64,000 nucleotides of DNA from Candidatus Levybacteria bacterium RIFCSPHIGHO2_01_FULL_37_17 (lineage in GTDB: Bacteria > Patescibacteriota > Microgenomatia > Levybacterales > UBA12049): the NCBI GenBank assembly GCA_001782035.1, contig MFNL01000004.1, positions 9,290-73,289 on the forward strand, given 5' to 3'. A program made the position numbers and the translations under genes. Below, piece after piece: positions 53,357 through 63,947 of this stretch. Every line of letters starts with the position of its first letter. Positions within the stretch are counted from its first letter, which is position 1. Under the pieces are notes generated by a model that was not told the DNA's origin, searched no databases, and worked only from the letters and a program-made list of their open reading frames with translations.

Positions 53357-53635
53357 ATGGCAAAAGGAATGAAATGTGATAATTGTGGCAAAGGCATAAT
53401 GTACGGTCACAACGTTTCACACGCAAAAAACAGAACAAGAAGAATTTTTAAACCAAACTTGCACAGTGCTCGAATTTTAAGAGGCGCAGGTTACGTTACT
53501 ATGAAGCTTTGTACAAAATGCTTAAGGCTTTTAAAAGCAGGAGTTACAAGAACAAAGAATCAAAAAAAAGAAATTAAAGAGGTTCAAGGCTCACAAGTTG
53601 AAGAACAACCTCAAGCAGCAGCTGCAACAGTCTAA
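53357..53635 (+). CDS. rpmB: 50S ribosomal protein L28 with a C-terminal extension
   Basis: [36 protein letters not shown]. Confidence 0.8.
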   Translation: MAKGMKCDNCGKGIMYGHNVSHAKNRTRRIFKPNLHSARILRGAGYVTMKLCTKCLRLLKAGVTRTKNQKKEIKEVQGSQVEEQPQAAAATV

Positions 53636-53988
53636 TCTAGGGCTTTCTCTTCAAATCTTGCCCGGATTAAAGTTAAGGGAAGTAAAATTAGACAGTAAAA
53701 AACTAATCCAGCGTAAGAGTTTTGTGCTATAGAAATTCCTATTACTGTTGCGGAAATTCCAATGTACATCGGATGATTAAAGTATTTATAAAGTCCTCGG
53801 CTTACACGCTTTTGTTTTTTGGGCAATATTCCAAACGAGCTTCCTAAATTTACTATGCTGGTTGCCCAGAAAATCACGCCAAAAATTGCAACTACAACTC
53901 CCAGATAAGAGAGAGGGACAGGAATAAACTTTCCTCCAAAATAGGCTAAATACAAATTAGCAAAGTAAATCATTGGAATGATGACCAT
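53632..53988 (-). CDS. Isoprenylcysteine carboxyl methyltransferase / phospholipid methyltransferase-family membrane protein. Start taken at an internal Met to avoid overlapping fmt
   Basis: [14 protein letters not shown] (RHPxY-type motif); four TM helices. Track ORF is 53632-54060. Confidence 0.6.
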   Translation of the reverse strand: MVIIPMIYFANLYLAYFGGKFIPVPLSYLGVVVAIFGVIFWATSIVNLGSSFGILPKKQKRVSRGLYKYFNHPMYIGISATVIGISIAQNSYAGLVFYCLILLPLTLIRARFEEKALD

Positions 53989-54010
53989 ACTCGCAAATTG
54001 TAAGCCAAGT

Positions 54011-54853
54011 TTAAGAGCCTGCATTATTTTTAAGAAACTTAATAAGTTTTGGGTCTGCATCGGGATAACCGTTTATAAAATCTTTGTAGCTAACTTCATT
54101 TTTGCCCTCGACCTGAACTCTTTTAAATGGAAGGAATTTTATTAACTTCTCTTCCGTTTTTGAAATTTGTGTTCGGGTCCAAACTCCGGGCCACGGAAAG
54201 TAAGCGCGAGCTATTCGGTTCAATATTTCAAATTCAGGCATTTTTTCAACACTAACGTAACCATCTTGCCGTGTTAGAGTTTTGGTAAAAGTCGCATGCT
54301 CGTGGTTTTGTTCTTTGAGGTTAATCTCGCCACCAACATAAAGCTCAATAACATCAATAAGTAGTCTTGCTCCTTCTCTAAAAAGTATTTCATAAAGACT
54401 TTGCGCAGTATCGTCGGGGCTAATTTGGCGTTCTTCAGCAGTCAAAACTGGTCCATGGTCCATTTGTTCATCAAGCTTTATTATGCTTACTCCTGTTTTT
54501 TCATCTCCGTTTAAAATAGCTTGCTGGATAGGCGATGGGCCGCGATATTTTGGAAGAAGGGAAGGATGGACGTTGAGAATTCCGTGGGGAAAATGGTTTA
54601 AAACCTCTTTAGGAATTATTAATCCAAAGTCAGCAACCACGCCTAAATCAGATTTATTATTTAACACTGCTGATTTAAGTTCTTCTTTATTTCTTACCTG
54701 TATAATTTCTATCCCTTTAGAATTACAAAATGGGATAATCGAAGACTTTTCATCGCTTTCAGTTGTATAAACCCTCTGAAGTTCAAAATTGTTTTTCAAA
54801 GTTTCAATAATAGGAAAAACATTATGCGAAGACCCAAAAAAGACAATTTTCAT
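54011..54853 (-). CDS. fmt: Methionyl-tRNA formyltransferase
   Basis: MKIVFFGSS...; NVHPSLLPKYRGPSPIQQAILNGDEKTGVSII. Confidence 0.9.
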   Translation of the reverse strand: MKIVFFGSSHNVFPIIETLKNNFELQRVYTTESDEKSSIIPFCNSKGIEIIQVRNKEELKSAVLNNKSDLGVVADFGLIIPKEVLNHFPHGILNVHPSLLPKYRGPSPIQQAILNGDEKTGVSIIKLDEQMDHGPVLTAEERQISPDDTAQSLYEILFREGARLLIDVIELYVGGEINLKEQNHEHATFTKTLTRQDGYVSVEKMPEFEILNRIARAYFPWPGVWTRTQISKTEEKLIKFLPFKRVQVEGKNEVSYKDFINGYPDADPKLIKFLKNNAGS

Positions 54854-54870
54854 AGATTAATTGTATTATA

Positions 54871-55251
54871 TTGACAACTCATAATAAAAGCTTTAATATC
54901 TACGCTATGAATTTATTGGAGAGAGTAAGGTACATAGGCGCAAGACTTTTGAGCTGGAAAGTTGAGCCAATAGACGAAGCAATTAACAGATCGGAAGTTG
55001 AATATGAAACCGCAGGCCAAGCCCTTCGCACAGCTAATTCAAGAGTCAGCAATTATTTTATAGACAACGAAGGAGCGTTTTCAGAAGATTTACCGGAACC
55101 TTTAGAGGAAGAAAGAGATTTCGCCGAAGAAAGATTTGAGCACTTGAGGCGATTAAAAATTAGGGCGCAAATACCAAGAAAAGTAGAAGTTGTAGTTTTT
55201 AATAAGCGTTTTAATCTTACAAAAGTAGAGCAACTTCAGTACGGACCCTAA
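54871..55251 (+). CDS. Hypothetical protein
   Basis: 126-aa ORF; no family recognised. Confidence 0.4.
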   Translation: MTTHNKSFNIYAMNLLERVRYIGARLLSWKVEPIDEAINRSEVEYETAGQALRTANSRVSNYFIDNEGAFSEDLPEPLEEERDFAEERFEHLRRLKIRAQIPRKVEVVVFNKRFNLTKVEQLQYGP

Positions 55252-55838
55252 ACATCTATTTCCTCAAAAACATCCTCACCTTTTTCATTTTTTCGTGATT
55301 TGTAAAGTTTACCTTTTTGCTCCAAAACTCTTTTTGGAAATAAAATTCCTTCTAAATGGTCGATTTCATGCTGGATTATTGTGGCCATAAATCCATTAAA
55401 TTTTTTTACATTCTTTTTACCTTTTTCATCTTGCCACTCAAGAGTAATTTTCGGGTATCTGTCAACCTCTCCCCAAATACCAACAAGTGACAAACATCCT
55501 TCCAGTTTTCTAATTCTTTTCTTTTTAGTTTTTTTTATCGGCTCAAAAGACAAAACAATCGGATTAATAAAAATCTCGATTTTTGCTTTCTCTCCTGCTT
55601 TTGTTATAAAAACTCTTTTTTCAACTCCTATTTGGGGTGCTGCAAGACCAACTCCAATTGGGTCGTGTGCTGAAATAAGGGCCTGTTGCATATCTTTCAA
55701 TAAATTGTCTAAATTCTTATCGAACTTAGTAATTGGTTCTGCTTCGATGGAGAGAATGGGATTTGGAGCATTTAATATTTCAGACATATCACTTTTGCCA
55801 GGTATCCAAGGCCTCTTGAGCAGCTTGATTTGGTCCAA
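55248..55838 (-). CDS. def: Peptide deformylase
   Basis: GVGLAAPQIG; EGCLS; HEIDHLEG motifs. Confidence 0.9.
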   Translation of the reverse strand: MDQIKLLKRPWIPGKSDMSEILNAPNPILSIEAEPITKFDKNLDNLLKDMQQALISAHDPIGVGLAAPQIGVEKRVFITKAGEKAKIEIFINPIVLSFEPIKKTKKKRIRKLEGCLSLVGIWGEVDRYPKITLEWQDEKGKKNVKKFNGFMATIIQHEIDHLEGILFPKRVLEQKGKLYKSRKNEKGEDVFEEIDV

Positions 55839-58272
55839 AAATTTTAATGATATATTCCATTGTCTCTATTGCCTTCTTTTCATACTCTGTATCTACGACC
55901 TGTCCATTTTTTAATGCCAATTCATGGTAGAAAAGCCCCATCGCGTAATATGCATTTCCTCCCTGATAATCAGGTTTTAGCTTTGTCGTTTGCTTAAGCT
56001 CTTTTATCGCTTCTAAAAGTTGCCCGTTTTGGCCAAGAAGCACGCCTAAATTATATGAAATATCAGCATCCGTTGGAGCAAGTTCTTTTGCCCGTTTTAT
56101 AGCATCAAGTGCCTTTGGAAGATAGCTTGCGTCAACTTGCGAAAGGGAGTAAAAAACTCTGACTCTTGTTTTTGCAAAAACAACATTATTGGGATTTTCC
56201 TTTTGTATTCTATCGCTTTGGGCGATTGAATTGTCCAGAAGTTGTTTTGCAACATTTACATCGGCCTGATTTGGGTTTTGGCTGTTTTGATAAAGGATTG
56301 CAGACGCAACAATTGCGTTGTTTAAAGAAAGCTCGTCCCTAAATGTGGGCTCACTGGGCCTAAGCTCAACGGCTTTTTGTAAAAAGGGGTAGGCTTCTTG
56401 ATAATTTCCACCTCTGTCAAAATTGTAGCCTAAATAGTAATATCTGTCTGCCTGCCAAAACCTTAAAAGAACAAATATAAGATATGCGCCCCCAATAACG
56501 ATTAAAATAGCTAGCATTTTTTGGAGATTGCTCATTGTTAAAACTTCTCTTTTTTCTTTTGAAAAAATAAAAGAGTAATTCTCGCCCTTGAGGAGCCCTG
56601 CATGTATTAAAAATACTGCGGGAAGAAGATAAAAGAAGATATTAATCATTACAACCGAAAAACCGAAGAAGTTTGTTATAAGAATGCTAATGTACGATGC
56701 GATAATTGCTGCAAAAAGCAAGGCTTGCCTTCCTAATTTTTTTGTATTTTTAAAAACAAAGCGAATGCTTATAAAAAGAAAAGCCCCTATCATTAAAAAG
56801 TATGTAACAATACCTATTGTTCCTGTAGTGGCTAAGAAATTTATATATTCGTTATGAGCTTTGTTGTATAGAAAATTCCACTCAGACGTTTTATTGTGTT
56901 CAATTGGCCTAAATTTGTAATATGCAAAAGCATAAGTTTCTACTCCCGAGCCAAAAATCGGATAGTTTTTCCATATATCGACCCCGCCTTTCCAAACATA
57001 AAGCCTTATTTCCCCGGATTCTGTTCCGCCAAGCGGTTGTGCCGGGGCAGTCGGTGCTTTTGAGACTTCTTTGACCTGCGCTGGATTTGCTTTAACAAGA
57101 TTTTGGTATTTCTCGTTTATCCCCCTTAAAGTAAATATATCCAAAAAGGAAAAAGGTTGCCCGTTAAAGAACGTGATTGCGTAAAATAAAATTATAAGGG
57201 ACGCAAAGATTTTAAAATCCAGGGATGGTCTTTTTAAATTAAATTTGGGTTTTATATAAAAATAAAAATAGTAAATTAAAAAAAGAGCAAATACTATCCA
57301 TGCGGCAAGCACAGATCCTCTGGCTATTGTCCAGAGAATCGATACGTAGCAAAGGCCGATAAAAGTAAAAAGTAATGCCGCGAAAACAAGATTGTAGTTT
57401 TTAAGAAAATTTTTCGGTTTTTCCACTGACAAGCCGTTATGGACAAAATTTATAAAGATAGCCATCAGTAAGGGAATAATTACAACAAGATATGCACCGT
57501 ACCATGCAGGCTGTCCAAGTGTCGAGAAAATTCTAACTTTTGGCTGAAAATCTGCTGTCCAGCATGAAACATCAAATGTACCCCTAAACAAAAGGCAGGT
57601 TGGGTCGTATCCAAAGTGGGAGGGAAGTCCCCATAAAACAATAAGAGCTGCGCTTGAAAGACCAAAATAAAGAACTTTCTTAATAAAATCATTTGGGGAA
57701 ACTTTAAGAAAAACTATAAAAGAAGCAAAAACCGTAATTGCCGAAACAAGCGTTTGTAGTGGAAAAAAGTTTTCGGCTGATGTGGTCCTGAAAAACGAAG
57801 CGACAAAGTTTCCTGCAAAAAATATGACAATCGCAGCTATGAATAAAGCAATATTTCTTGTATTAAGCAGACTTTCTTTCTCTTCTTCTTTGCCAAAATC
57901 TCTAAAGTTAGAAACAAAGGCATAGTAAAGGAAAACAAAAGAAAGAATTGATAAAAGTCCTCCATTAAACCTTGAATAATATCCCCACAACGAAACGTGC
58001 ATATCAAGAGAGAAAATGGTTGAGATAATTTGTGAGCCTACAAAAAGTGCAATAGGTATGTCCAGAGGGGTTTTTTGGAGGTAAAACTGTCTCTTTACAA
58101 CCATTTTTGTAAACCAAGCAGTGCCAATTATTATTGTTAAGATGAAAGTTGCCCAAAGTTTGTTAAATTCAAATAGTTCTGACGTGTCTCCGACTAAAGC
58201 TAGAGGAACGAGAAAGAATAGAAGATAAAAGCAGTACTGTATTGTTTTATTTAATAAATTTAATAACCTCAT
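55789..58272 (-). CDS. O-antigen ligase (Wzy_C)-like polytopic membrane protein with C-terminal TPR repeats (paralog of ORF 1-1883)
   Basis: 827 aa; more than 12 TM helices; NEYINFLATTGTIGIVTYF Wzy_C-like motif; C-terminal TPR-like repeats. Confidence 0.65.
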   Translation of the reverse strand: MRLLNLLNKTIQYCFYLLFFLVPLALVGDTSELFEFNKLWATFILTIIIGTAWFTKMVVKRQFYLQKTPLDIPIALFVGSQIISTIFSLDMHVSLWGYYSRFNGGLLSILSFVFLYYAFVSNFRDFGKEEEKESLLNTRNIALFIAAIVIFFAGNFVASFFRTTSAENFFPLQTLVSAITVFASFIVFLKVSPNDFIKKVLYFGLSSAALIVLWGLPSHFGYDPTCLLFRGTFDVSCWTADFQPKVRIFSTLGQPAWYGAYLVVIIPLLMAIFINFVHNGLSVEKPKNFLKNYNLVFAALLFTFIGLCYVSILWTIARGSVLAAWIVFALFLIYYFYFYIKPKFNLKRPSLDFKIFASLIILFYAITFFNGQPFSFLDIFTLRGINEKYQNLVKANPAQVKEVSKAPTAPAQPLGGTESGEIRLYVWKGGVDIWKNYPIFGSGVETYAFAYYKFRPIEHNKTSEWNFLYNKAHNEYINFLATTGTIGIVTYFLMIGAFLFISIRFVFKNTKKLGRQALLFAAIIASYISILITNFFGFSVVMINIFFYLLPAVFLIHAGLLKGENYSFIFSKEKREVLTMSNLQKMLAILIVIGGAYLIFVLLRFWQADRYYYLGYNFDRGGNYQEAYPFLQKAVELRPSEPTFRDELSLNNAIVASAILYQNSQNPNQADVNVAKQLLDNSIAQSDRIQKENPNNVVFAKTRVRVFYSLSQVDASYLPKALDAIKRAKELAPTDADISYNLGVLLGQNGQLLEAIKELKQTTKLKPDYQGGNAYYAMGLFYHELALKNGQVVDTEYEKKAIETMEYIIKIFGPNQAAQEALDTWQK

Positions 58273-58349
58273 CGGTAGACTTGTTCAGTTGAACAATCGT
58301 AACATATTGGAAATTGAGCCGCAAGGTGTTAGAATTGCCTTGAATCATT

Positions 58350-59477
58350 ATGTTGGACAAGCTATTTTCACTCTTTTCATACGACATAGGAATTGATCTT
58401 GGAACCGCAAATACACTTGTTTGGGTGAGGGGGAAAGGTATTGTAATAAGAGAACCTTCGGTTGTTGCAATGCACAAAAAAAGCAAGAAAATTATTGCTG
58501 TGGGCACAGAAGCAAAAAAAATGCTTGGTAAAACTCCTGTAAATATTGTCACCGTACGGCCTCTAAAAGGTGGAGTAATAGCAGATTTTGACGCAACCCT
58601 TGCCATGATCACCCATTATATTCAGAGTGTGCACGAAATTGGAAAAATTGTGCCTACTGTCTTTTCAAGACCAAGGGTCGTAATCGGAATTCCATCGGGC
58701 GTTACGGAGGTAGAGCGAAGAGCTGTTTGGGAAGCAGCTTTAAGCGCGGGCGCAAGAGAAGCTTTTTTAATTGAGGAATCTATGGCATCTGCAATTGGAG
58801 AGAATATTTCGGTTTTTGCACCAACAGGAATTATGGTTGTTGATATTGGAGGAGGGACTACAGAAGTTGCGGTAATTTCTTTGGGGGGAATTGTTGTTGG
58901 CAAGTCTTTAAAAATTGCAGGAGACAACATGGATTTGGCAATTGCTCATTACATAAGACTTAGACATGGGCTTTTGATAGGTGAAAAAACCGCAGAAGAT
59001 TTGAAAATTACAATAGGAAGCGCCTACGCAAAAGGCTCAAAATATAAAAACGCAACAATTCAACCCCAACAGTTAAACGGTGAAGGGGCAGTTGATATTG
59101 AAAAAAACGAAGCAGGGGAGAAAGTGGCAATTATAAGAGGACGGGATATAGAAACTGGTCTTCCAAAAAGCTTAAAAGTTACAGAAGTGGAAGTTAGAGA
59201 AGCCCTTGCTCCCGTTTTAACACAAATAATTAATGCGGTTGCAGAGATTTTAGAAGAATCTCCGCCCGAGTTGACATCCGACATTCTGGAACATGGTGTT
59301 CTTCTTACTGGTGGAGGAAGCAAGCTTCCGGGGATAGATAAATTAATAGTTGAACGAATCCATATACCTGTTATTCCAAGCGAAGACCCCTTAACCAGCG
59401 TGGTTAGAGGAACTGGGAAAGTTTTAGAAGACGAGTCACTTCTAGCACGTGTTAAAGTAATCGGCGGCCTGCAATAA
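58350..59477 (+). CDS. mreB: Rod shape-determining protein MreB
   Basis: IGIDLGTANTLVWV...; DIGGGTTEVAVISLGG. Confidence 0.9.
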   Translation: MLDKLFSLFSYDIGIDLGTANTLVWVRGKGIVIREPSVVAMHKKSKKIIAVGTEAKKMLGKTPVNIVTVRPLKGGVIADFDATLAMITHYIQSVHEIGKIVPTVFSRPRVVIGIPSGVTEVERRAVWEAALSAGAREAFLIEESMASAIGENISVFAPTGIMVVDIGGGTTEVAVISLGGIVVGKSLKIAGDNMDLAIAHYIRLRHGLLIGEKTAEDLKITIGSAYAKGSKYKNATIQPQQLNGEGAVDIEKNEAGEKVAIIRGRDIETGLPKSLKVTEVEVREALAPVLTQIINAVAEILEESPPELTSDILEHGVLLTGGGSKLPGIDKLIVERIHIPVIPSEDPLTSVVRGTGKVLEDESLLARVKVIGGLQ

Positions 59478-59513
59478 CTTGTAACAAATCTTCAAAAGCA
59501 CTAAAATGATTTC

Positions 59514-60287
59514 ATGCCGCAGCGAAATCCGACCTTATTTTTTTTTATACTTTTTATATCTGCAGTCCTTATTATTGTTGTTTCAAAATTCAATCTTCTA
59601 AATCTGGCAACTGGTGTAGTTCAAAATGTATTTGCTCCGGCGCAAACTACCTTGAGAAATATATTTGTAAAAGATGAAAGCAGTGCAAAACAAGAAAATT
59701 TAGAACTTGCCTCCAAGCTGGTTGAGCAGCAAAAACTAATTTCTGACAACAAAGCATTAAAAGACCAATTCCAAACCGTAAAAGTCAATTCAACATATTT
59801 AATTCCTGCAAAAATAGTAGGATCGCCGAGTTTTGTCCCGGGACTATCTGTTCCTGAAGAATTTATCATAAATTTAGGCACAGAAGACGGAGTAAAGGCG
59901 GGACAGGCCGTAGTTTATAAAGATAATTTAGTTGGAATTATAAAAAAAGCAAATAATTCCTTCTCCAAAGTTATATTGGTAAGCGCGTCTTCTTTTAGTT
60001 TGACCGCAAAAACGCTTTCAGATAGCGCATCGGGTGTTGCCAGGGGAAAAGGGGGAGGACAAATAATTTTTGAAAATGTTTTGCTTTCACAACGAATCGC
60101 AAAAGACGATCTAGTAGTTAGCAGAGGAAGCATAAACCAAGAAGGAGAAGGAACCGCACCAAACTTAATAATCGGAAAAATTGTATCTGTTAATAAAGCC
60201 CCAAGTAGCCTTTTCCAGTCGGCAAAAATAATGCCTTTAATTGATTTCCATGCTCTTTCTACTATATTTGTCGTAGTTAAACAATGA
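59514..60287 (+). CDS. mreC: Rod shape-determining protein MreC-like
   Basis: N-terminal TM, coiled coil, then a beta-rich domain; position between mreB and mreD. Confidence 0.65.
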   Translation: MPQRNPTLFFFILFISAVLIIVVSKFNLLNLATGVVQNVFAPAQTTLRNIFVKDESSAKQENLELASKLVEQQKLISDNKALKDQFQTVKVNSTYLIPAKIVGSPSFVPGLSVPEEFIINLGTEDGVKAGQAVVYKDNLVGIIKKANNSFSKVILVSASSFSLTAKTLSDSASGVARGKGGGQIIFENVLLSQRIAKDDLVVSRGSINQEGEGTAPNLIIGKIVSVNKAPSSLFQSAKIMPLIDFHALSTIFVVVKQ

Positions 60288-60712
60288 TTTTTGCATTTCC
60301 TCTTATTTTAATCGCATTGCTTTTGGAGGCATCGGCCTTGTCCCTTCCTCTTACTTTAGTAACTATTGTAACGTTGTCCTTTTTTTATAACCAAAGGCAA
60401 GTTCTTTTTCTTGCAGCATTCTTTGGAATACTTTTGGACATACTACTTTTGCAAACCATTGGAATTTCGGCTATTTTTTTTCTTATAGCAGTTTTTCTAC
60501 TATTTTTATATAAACGAAAAATAGAAGATAGTAAGCAAGTAGTGTTTATTATTAATTTAATAACCGCAGTTTTATACGCGCTAATTATAAAAGGGACTGT
60601 TTCCTTTTTTGAGCCTCTGACCGTTGCAATATTTGGTCTAGCCTTCTTTGTTATTCTAACTAAATTCAAAACTTTAAAAAATAAAAATAATAATTTAAGT
60701 TTTAATGTCTAA
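60284..60712 (+). CDS. mreD: MreD-like small polytopic membrane protein
   Basis: 142 aa; five hydrophobic helices; overlaps the mreC stop; precedes PBP2. Confidence 0.55.
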   Translation: MIFAFPLILIALLLEASALSLPLTLVTIVTLSFFYNQRQVLFLAAFFGILLDILLLQTIGISAIFFLIAVFLLFLYKRKIEDSKQVVFIINLITAVLYALIIKGTVSFFEPLTVAIFGLAFFVILTKFKTLKNKNNNLSFNV

Positions 60713-62472
60713 TGGAAGATGATTTTAGTGAAAGTTTGATAACGGAAACCTCAAGAGGACAAGGTTTCGGAAGGAAAACAAATAGTACAAGAGGGTATTT
60801 TCTTTTTTTATTATTCTTTTTGGTGTTTGCGGCTATTTTTTTAAGAGTCTTTTTCCTCCAAATAGTAAAAGGTGAATATTTCAGAGTACTTTCTGATCAA
60901 AACAGAACAAAAACGGTATCAATTCATGCCGAAAGGGGAATAATTATGGACAGAAACGGTATCCCTTTAGTTTTTAATGAACCCGGGTACAGGATGACAA
61001 AAGAAGGTAAAACTATCCAGCTAAGTCACCAGGAAGCACTTGCTTTTCTTACCAAAGAAAGCAATAAATTGGAAGTTGATTCCCTAAGACGTTATGCATA
61101 CGGTGAAGATCTAGCTCATGTTTTGGGGTATATAGGACAAATTTCGGCTGAAGAGCTTAAAGAACCGGCCTTTACAGAGCACAAAGGCAGCGATGTGATC
61201 GGCAAGGAAGGAATAGAGAGAAGCTATGAACAAAGATTAAAAGGAATAGACGGCAAAAAACTAATAGAAGTAGATTCAAGCGGAAGACAGTTGAGAGCTC
61301 TTGGACAGGATGAGCCAATTGCCGGAGACAATATAACTTTAACCATTGATTTAGAACTACAGCAAAAAACTTTTGAGGCGATGGAAGATGTTAAGAAAGG
61401 AGCCGCTATTGTAAGTTCTGCAGGAGGTGGAATTTTAGCACTTGTTTCTAAGCCTTCATTTGACCCAAATCTTTTTACAATGGGAGAAAGCTACAAAAGC
61501 GCTACCACATCGGGCTATCAAAATATTGAGCAGGTGCTTTTAGACTCAACGGCTCAACCTCTACTTAATAGAGCTATATCGGGTGTTTATCCTCCCGGCT
61601 CCACGTTTAAAATAGTAGTAGCATCAGCAGCCCTAAAAGATAAAGTAATTGATGCCAGTTATTCAATTGAGGACACAGGGATTTTACATGTAGGATCATT
61701 TTCTTTTTCCAACTGGTATTTTACAGGTTATGGCAAAACAGATGGACAGGTTAATGTTGTTAAAGGAATAAAGCGCTCAAATGATATTTTCTTTTACAGA
61801 CTCGCCGAACTTTTAGGAGTTGAGAAAATCGCAAAAGACGCATCAAAGTTTTTCTTAGGGAAAAAATTAGGAGTGGATTTAATAGGGGAAGCAAGCGGAA
61901 CTCTTCCTAACGAGCAGTGGAAAAAAGAAAATATAGGCGAGGGCTGGTATTTGGGTGATACTTACCACTTAGGAATAGGACAAGGGTACCTACTTTCTAC
62001 CCCCTTGCAAGTTAACGCTTGGACACAAGCAATTACAAACGAAGGAATACTCAAAAGACCCCATTTGTTAAAAGAGAAAAAGGAGGAGACTATTTCAAAA
62101 GGCCTTCTGGATAAAAAATCTTACGAACTGGTAAGGCAGGGAATGGTTGAGTCTTGTGCTCAAGGTGGTGTTGCATGGCCGCTATTTGATTTTAAAGTTA
62201 AAAATTCAAAACTAAAAATAGACGGGAAAAACTTTTTAGAAGTTAAAGGGGCTTCCGGCTCTGCTGATATGAGGCAAGTCGTTATTGCATGTAAAACCGG
62301 AACTGCAGAACATGGAGACACAAAAGGAATTCCTCATGCTTGGATTACTCTATTTGCCCCTGCCTATAATCCGGAAATTGTGGTTACGATTTTGGCTGAA
62401 GAAAGCGGGGAAGGAAGCAATGTCGCAGCCCCAATTGCAAAAAAAATCCTAGAGGCTTATTTTGGGGAATGA
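60712..62472 (+). CDS. mrdA: Penicillin-binding protein 2 (class B transpeptidase)
   Basis: STFKIVVASAAL (SxxK), KRSNDIFF (SxN), KTGTAEH (KTG). Confidence 0.85.
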   Translation: MEDDFSESLITETSRGQGFGRKTNSTRGYFLFLLFFLVFAAIFLRVFFLQIVKGEYFRVLSDQNRTKTVSIHAERGIIMDRNGIPLVFNEPGYRMTKEGKTIQLSHQEALAFLTKESNKLEVDSLRRYAYGEDLAHVLGYIGQISAEELKEPAFTEHKGSDVIGKEGIERSYEQRLKGIDGKKLIEVDSSGRQLRALGQDEPIAGDNITLTIDLELQQKTFEAMEDVKKGAAIVSSAGGGILALVSKPSFDPNLFTMGESYKSATTSGYQNIEQVLLDSTAQPLLNRAISGVYPPGSTFKIVVASAALKDKVIDASYSIEDTGILHVGSFSFSNWYFTGYGKTDGQVNVVKGIKRSNDIFFYRLAELLGVEKIAKDASKFFLGKKLGVDLIGEASGTLPNEQWKKENIGEGWYLGDTYHLGIGQGYLLSTPLQVNAWTQAITNEGILKRPHLLKEKKEETISKGLLDKKSYELVRQGMVESCAQGGVAWPLFDFKVKNSKLKIDGKNFLEVKGASGSADMRQVVIACKTGTAEHGDTKGIPHAWITLFAPAYNPEIVVTILAEESGEGSNVAAPIAKKILEAYFGE

Positions 62473-62813
62473 GCACTTCTGGCGGCGACTATTTCTCTAA
62501 TTTCTCCTGATATAGCATAAACTCTTAAAAAATTGGAAAAGAAATCGTTACTTTGGAAAATTCCTGACAAACTCTTTACTTTTGTTTTGAACCAATCCAA
62601 CCCTTGCTGAACTTGGTCTGGCTCAAACTCTTTACTCACAAGAAAGATTTTTCCTGCTTCGTCTTTAGTTTTTCCGGAAATTGTTAATTTGTCTCCATTA
62701 AGATACCCCTCAACCATTGCATTTTCCGCAGATTCTTCAAGAAAAGCGATAACCGCCGGAACTTGCTCGGTTAGTGTTTCGCTTCTTGCTTCTATTGATC
62801 CAGCTCGTGACAT
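62457..62813 (-). CDS. Hypothetical protein (the track ORF extends to 62936)
   Basis: No family recognised; start uncertain. Confidence 0.3.
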   Translation of the reverse strand: MSRAGSIEARSETLTEQVPAVIAFLEESAENAMVEGYLNGDKLTISGKTKDEAGKIFLVSKEFEPDQVQQGLDWFKTKVKSLSGIFQSNDFFSNFLRVYAISGEIREIVAARSAHSPK

Positions 62814-62867
62814 GGTAGCAATATTAAGATAGCAAGAGTAAAAAGTCAAATGTAGTATTATAAATTT

Positions 62868-63947
62868 ATGGAAGAGCGTGACTATTATTTGGGATTTAGC
62901 TTGGTAAGCGGGATTGGGCCTAAGACCTTTGCTCAACTTCTCAAATATTTCAAAACCGCAGAGACAGCATGGAATGCAAGTCTAAAAGAGTTTAAAAATG
63001 CAGGGCTTGGAGAACTTACAACTCAAAAATTTGAAAAGGCAAGGGGAGAGTTCAATTTTGCCGAATACAAAAGAAAATTAAAGCTTCAAAAAATTGATTA
63101 TATTGCTATAGTAGATAAAGAATATTCTCCACTCTTAAAGCAAATTCCAAACCCGCCAATTTTACTATTTATCAAGGGTAATAAATCTTTACTAAAGAGT
63201 TCACAAATTCTGGCAATTGTTGGGACAAGAAAAATGACAAATTATGGGCAAGAAGTAACGGAAAAGTTTGCTTTTGAACTTGCGAGTGCCGGATTTACAA
63301 TTGTTTCCGGAATGGCACTGGGGGTGGATGGGCAAGCGCATAGCTCAACCATGTTTGCAAAAGGCAAAACTATTGCGGTTTTGGGAAACGGAGTTGATTT
63401 GCCGTTTCCAACTTCTAATCAAAACTTATATCACAGAATTTTAGAAAGCGGAGGAGCAATAATTTCCGAGTTTCCACCGGGCGAGCCGCCAAACAAAGGT
63501 ACTTTTCCTTCTCGAAATAGAATTATTGCAGGTATTTCTCAGGGAATTTTAGTTACAGAAGGCGCAGAAGATTCAGGCTCTTTAATTACCGCAAATTATG
63601 GACTGGAATTCAAAAGAAAAGTCTTTGCAGTACCCGGGCCGATAACAAGTCCGCTTTCCGCAGCGCCTTTGAGGCTTATTGAAAAGGGAGCAAGGTTGGT
63701 TGTTTCACCCGATGATATTTTAAAAGAATTTGATGTGCGAAAAGTTCAAAAAGATAAAGAATCAAGGCTCAAAGGATTAACAAAAGAAGAGTTAAAAATA
63801 GCTCAAATTATTGAAAACGAGCCTTTGTCATTTGATGAGATCGTAAGAAAACTAAATTCAGAATCCTCAAAAGTAGCAACAATACTATCTATTATGGAAA
63901 TAAAGGGAATTATTAAAAACTTTGGAGGAAATTACTCCTTAAATTGA
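62868..63947 (+). CDS. dprA: DNA processing protein DprA (Smf)
   Basis: GTRKMTNYGQEVTEKFAFELASAGFTIVSGMALGVDGQAHSS Rossmann-like DprA core. Confidence 0.85.
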   Translation: MEERDYYLGFSLVSGIGPKTFAQLLKYFKTAETAWNASLKEFKNAGLGELTTQKFEKARGEFNFAEYKRKLKLQKIDYIAIVDKEYSPLLKQIPNPPILLFIKGNKSLLKSSQILAIVGTRKMTNYGQEVTEKFAFELASAGFTIVSGMALGVDGQAHSSTMFAKGKTIAVLGNGVDLPFPTSNQNLYHRILESGGAIISEFPPGEPPNKGTFPSRNRIIAGISQGILVTEGAEDSGSLITANYGLEFKRKVFAVPGPITSPLSAAPLRLIEKGARLVVSPDDILKEFDVRKVQKDKESRLKGLTKEELKIAQIIENEPLSFDEIVRKLNSESSKVATILSIMEIKGIIKNFGGNYSLN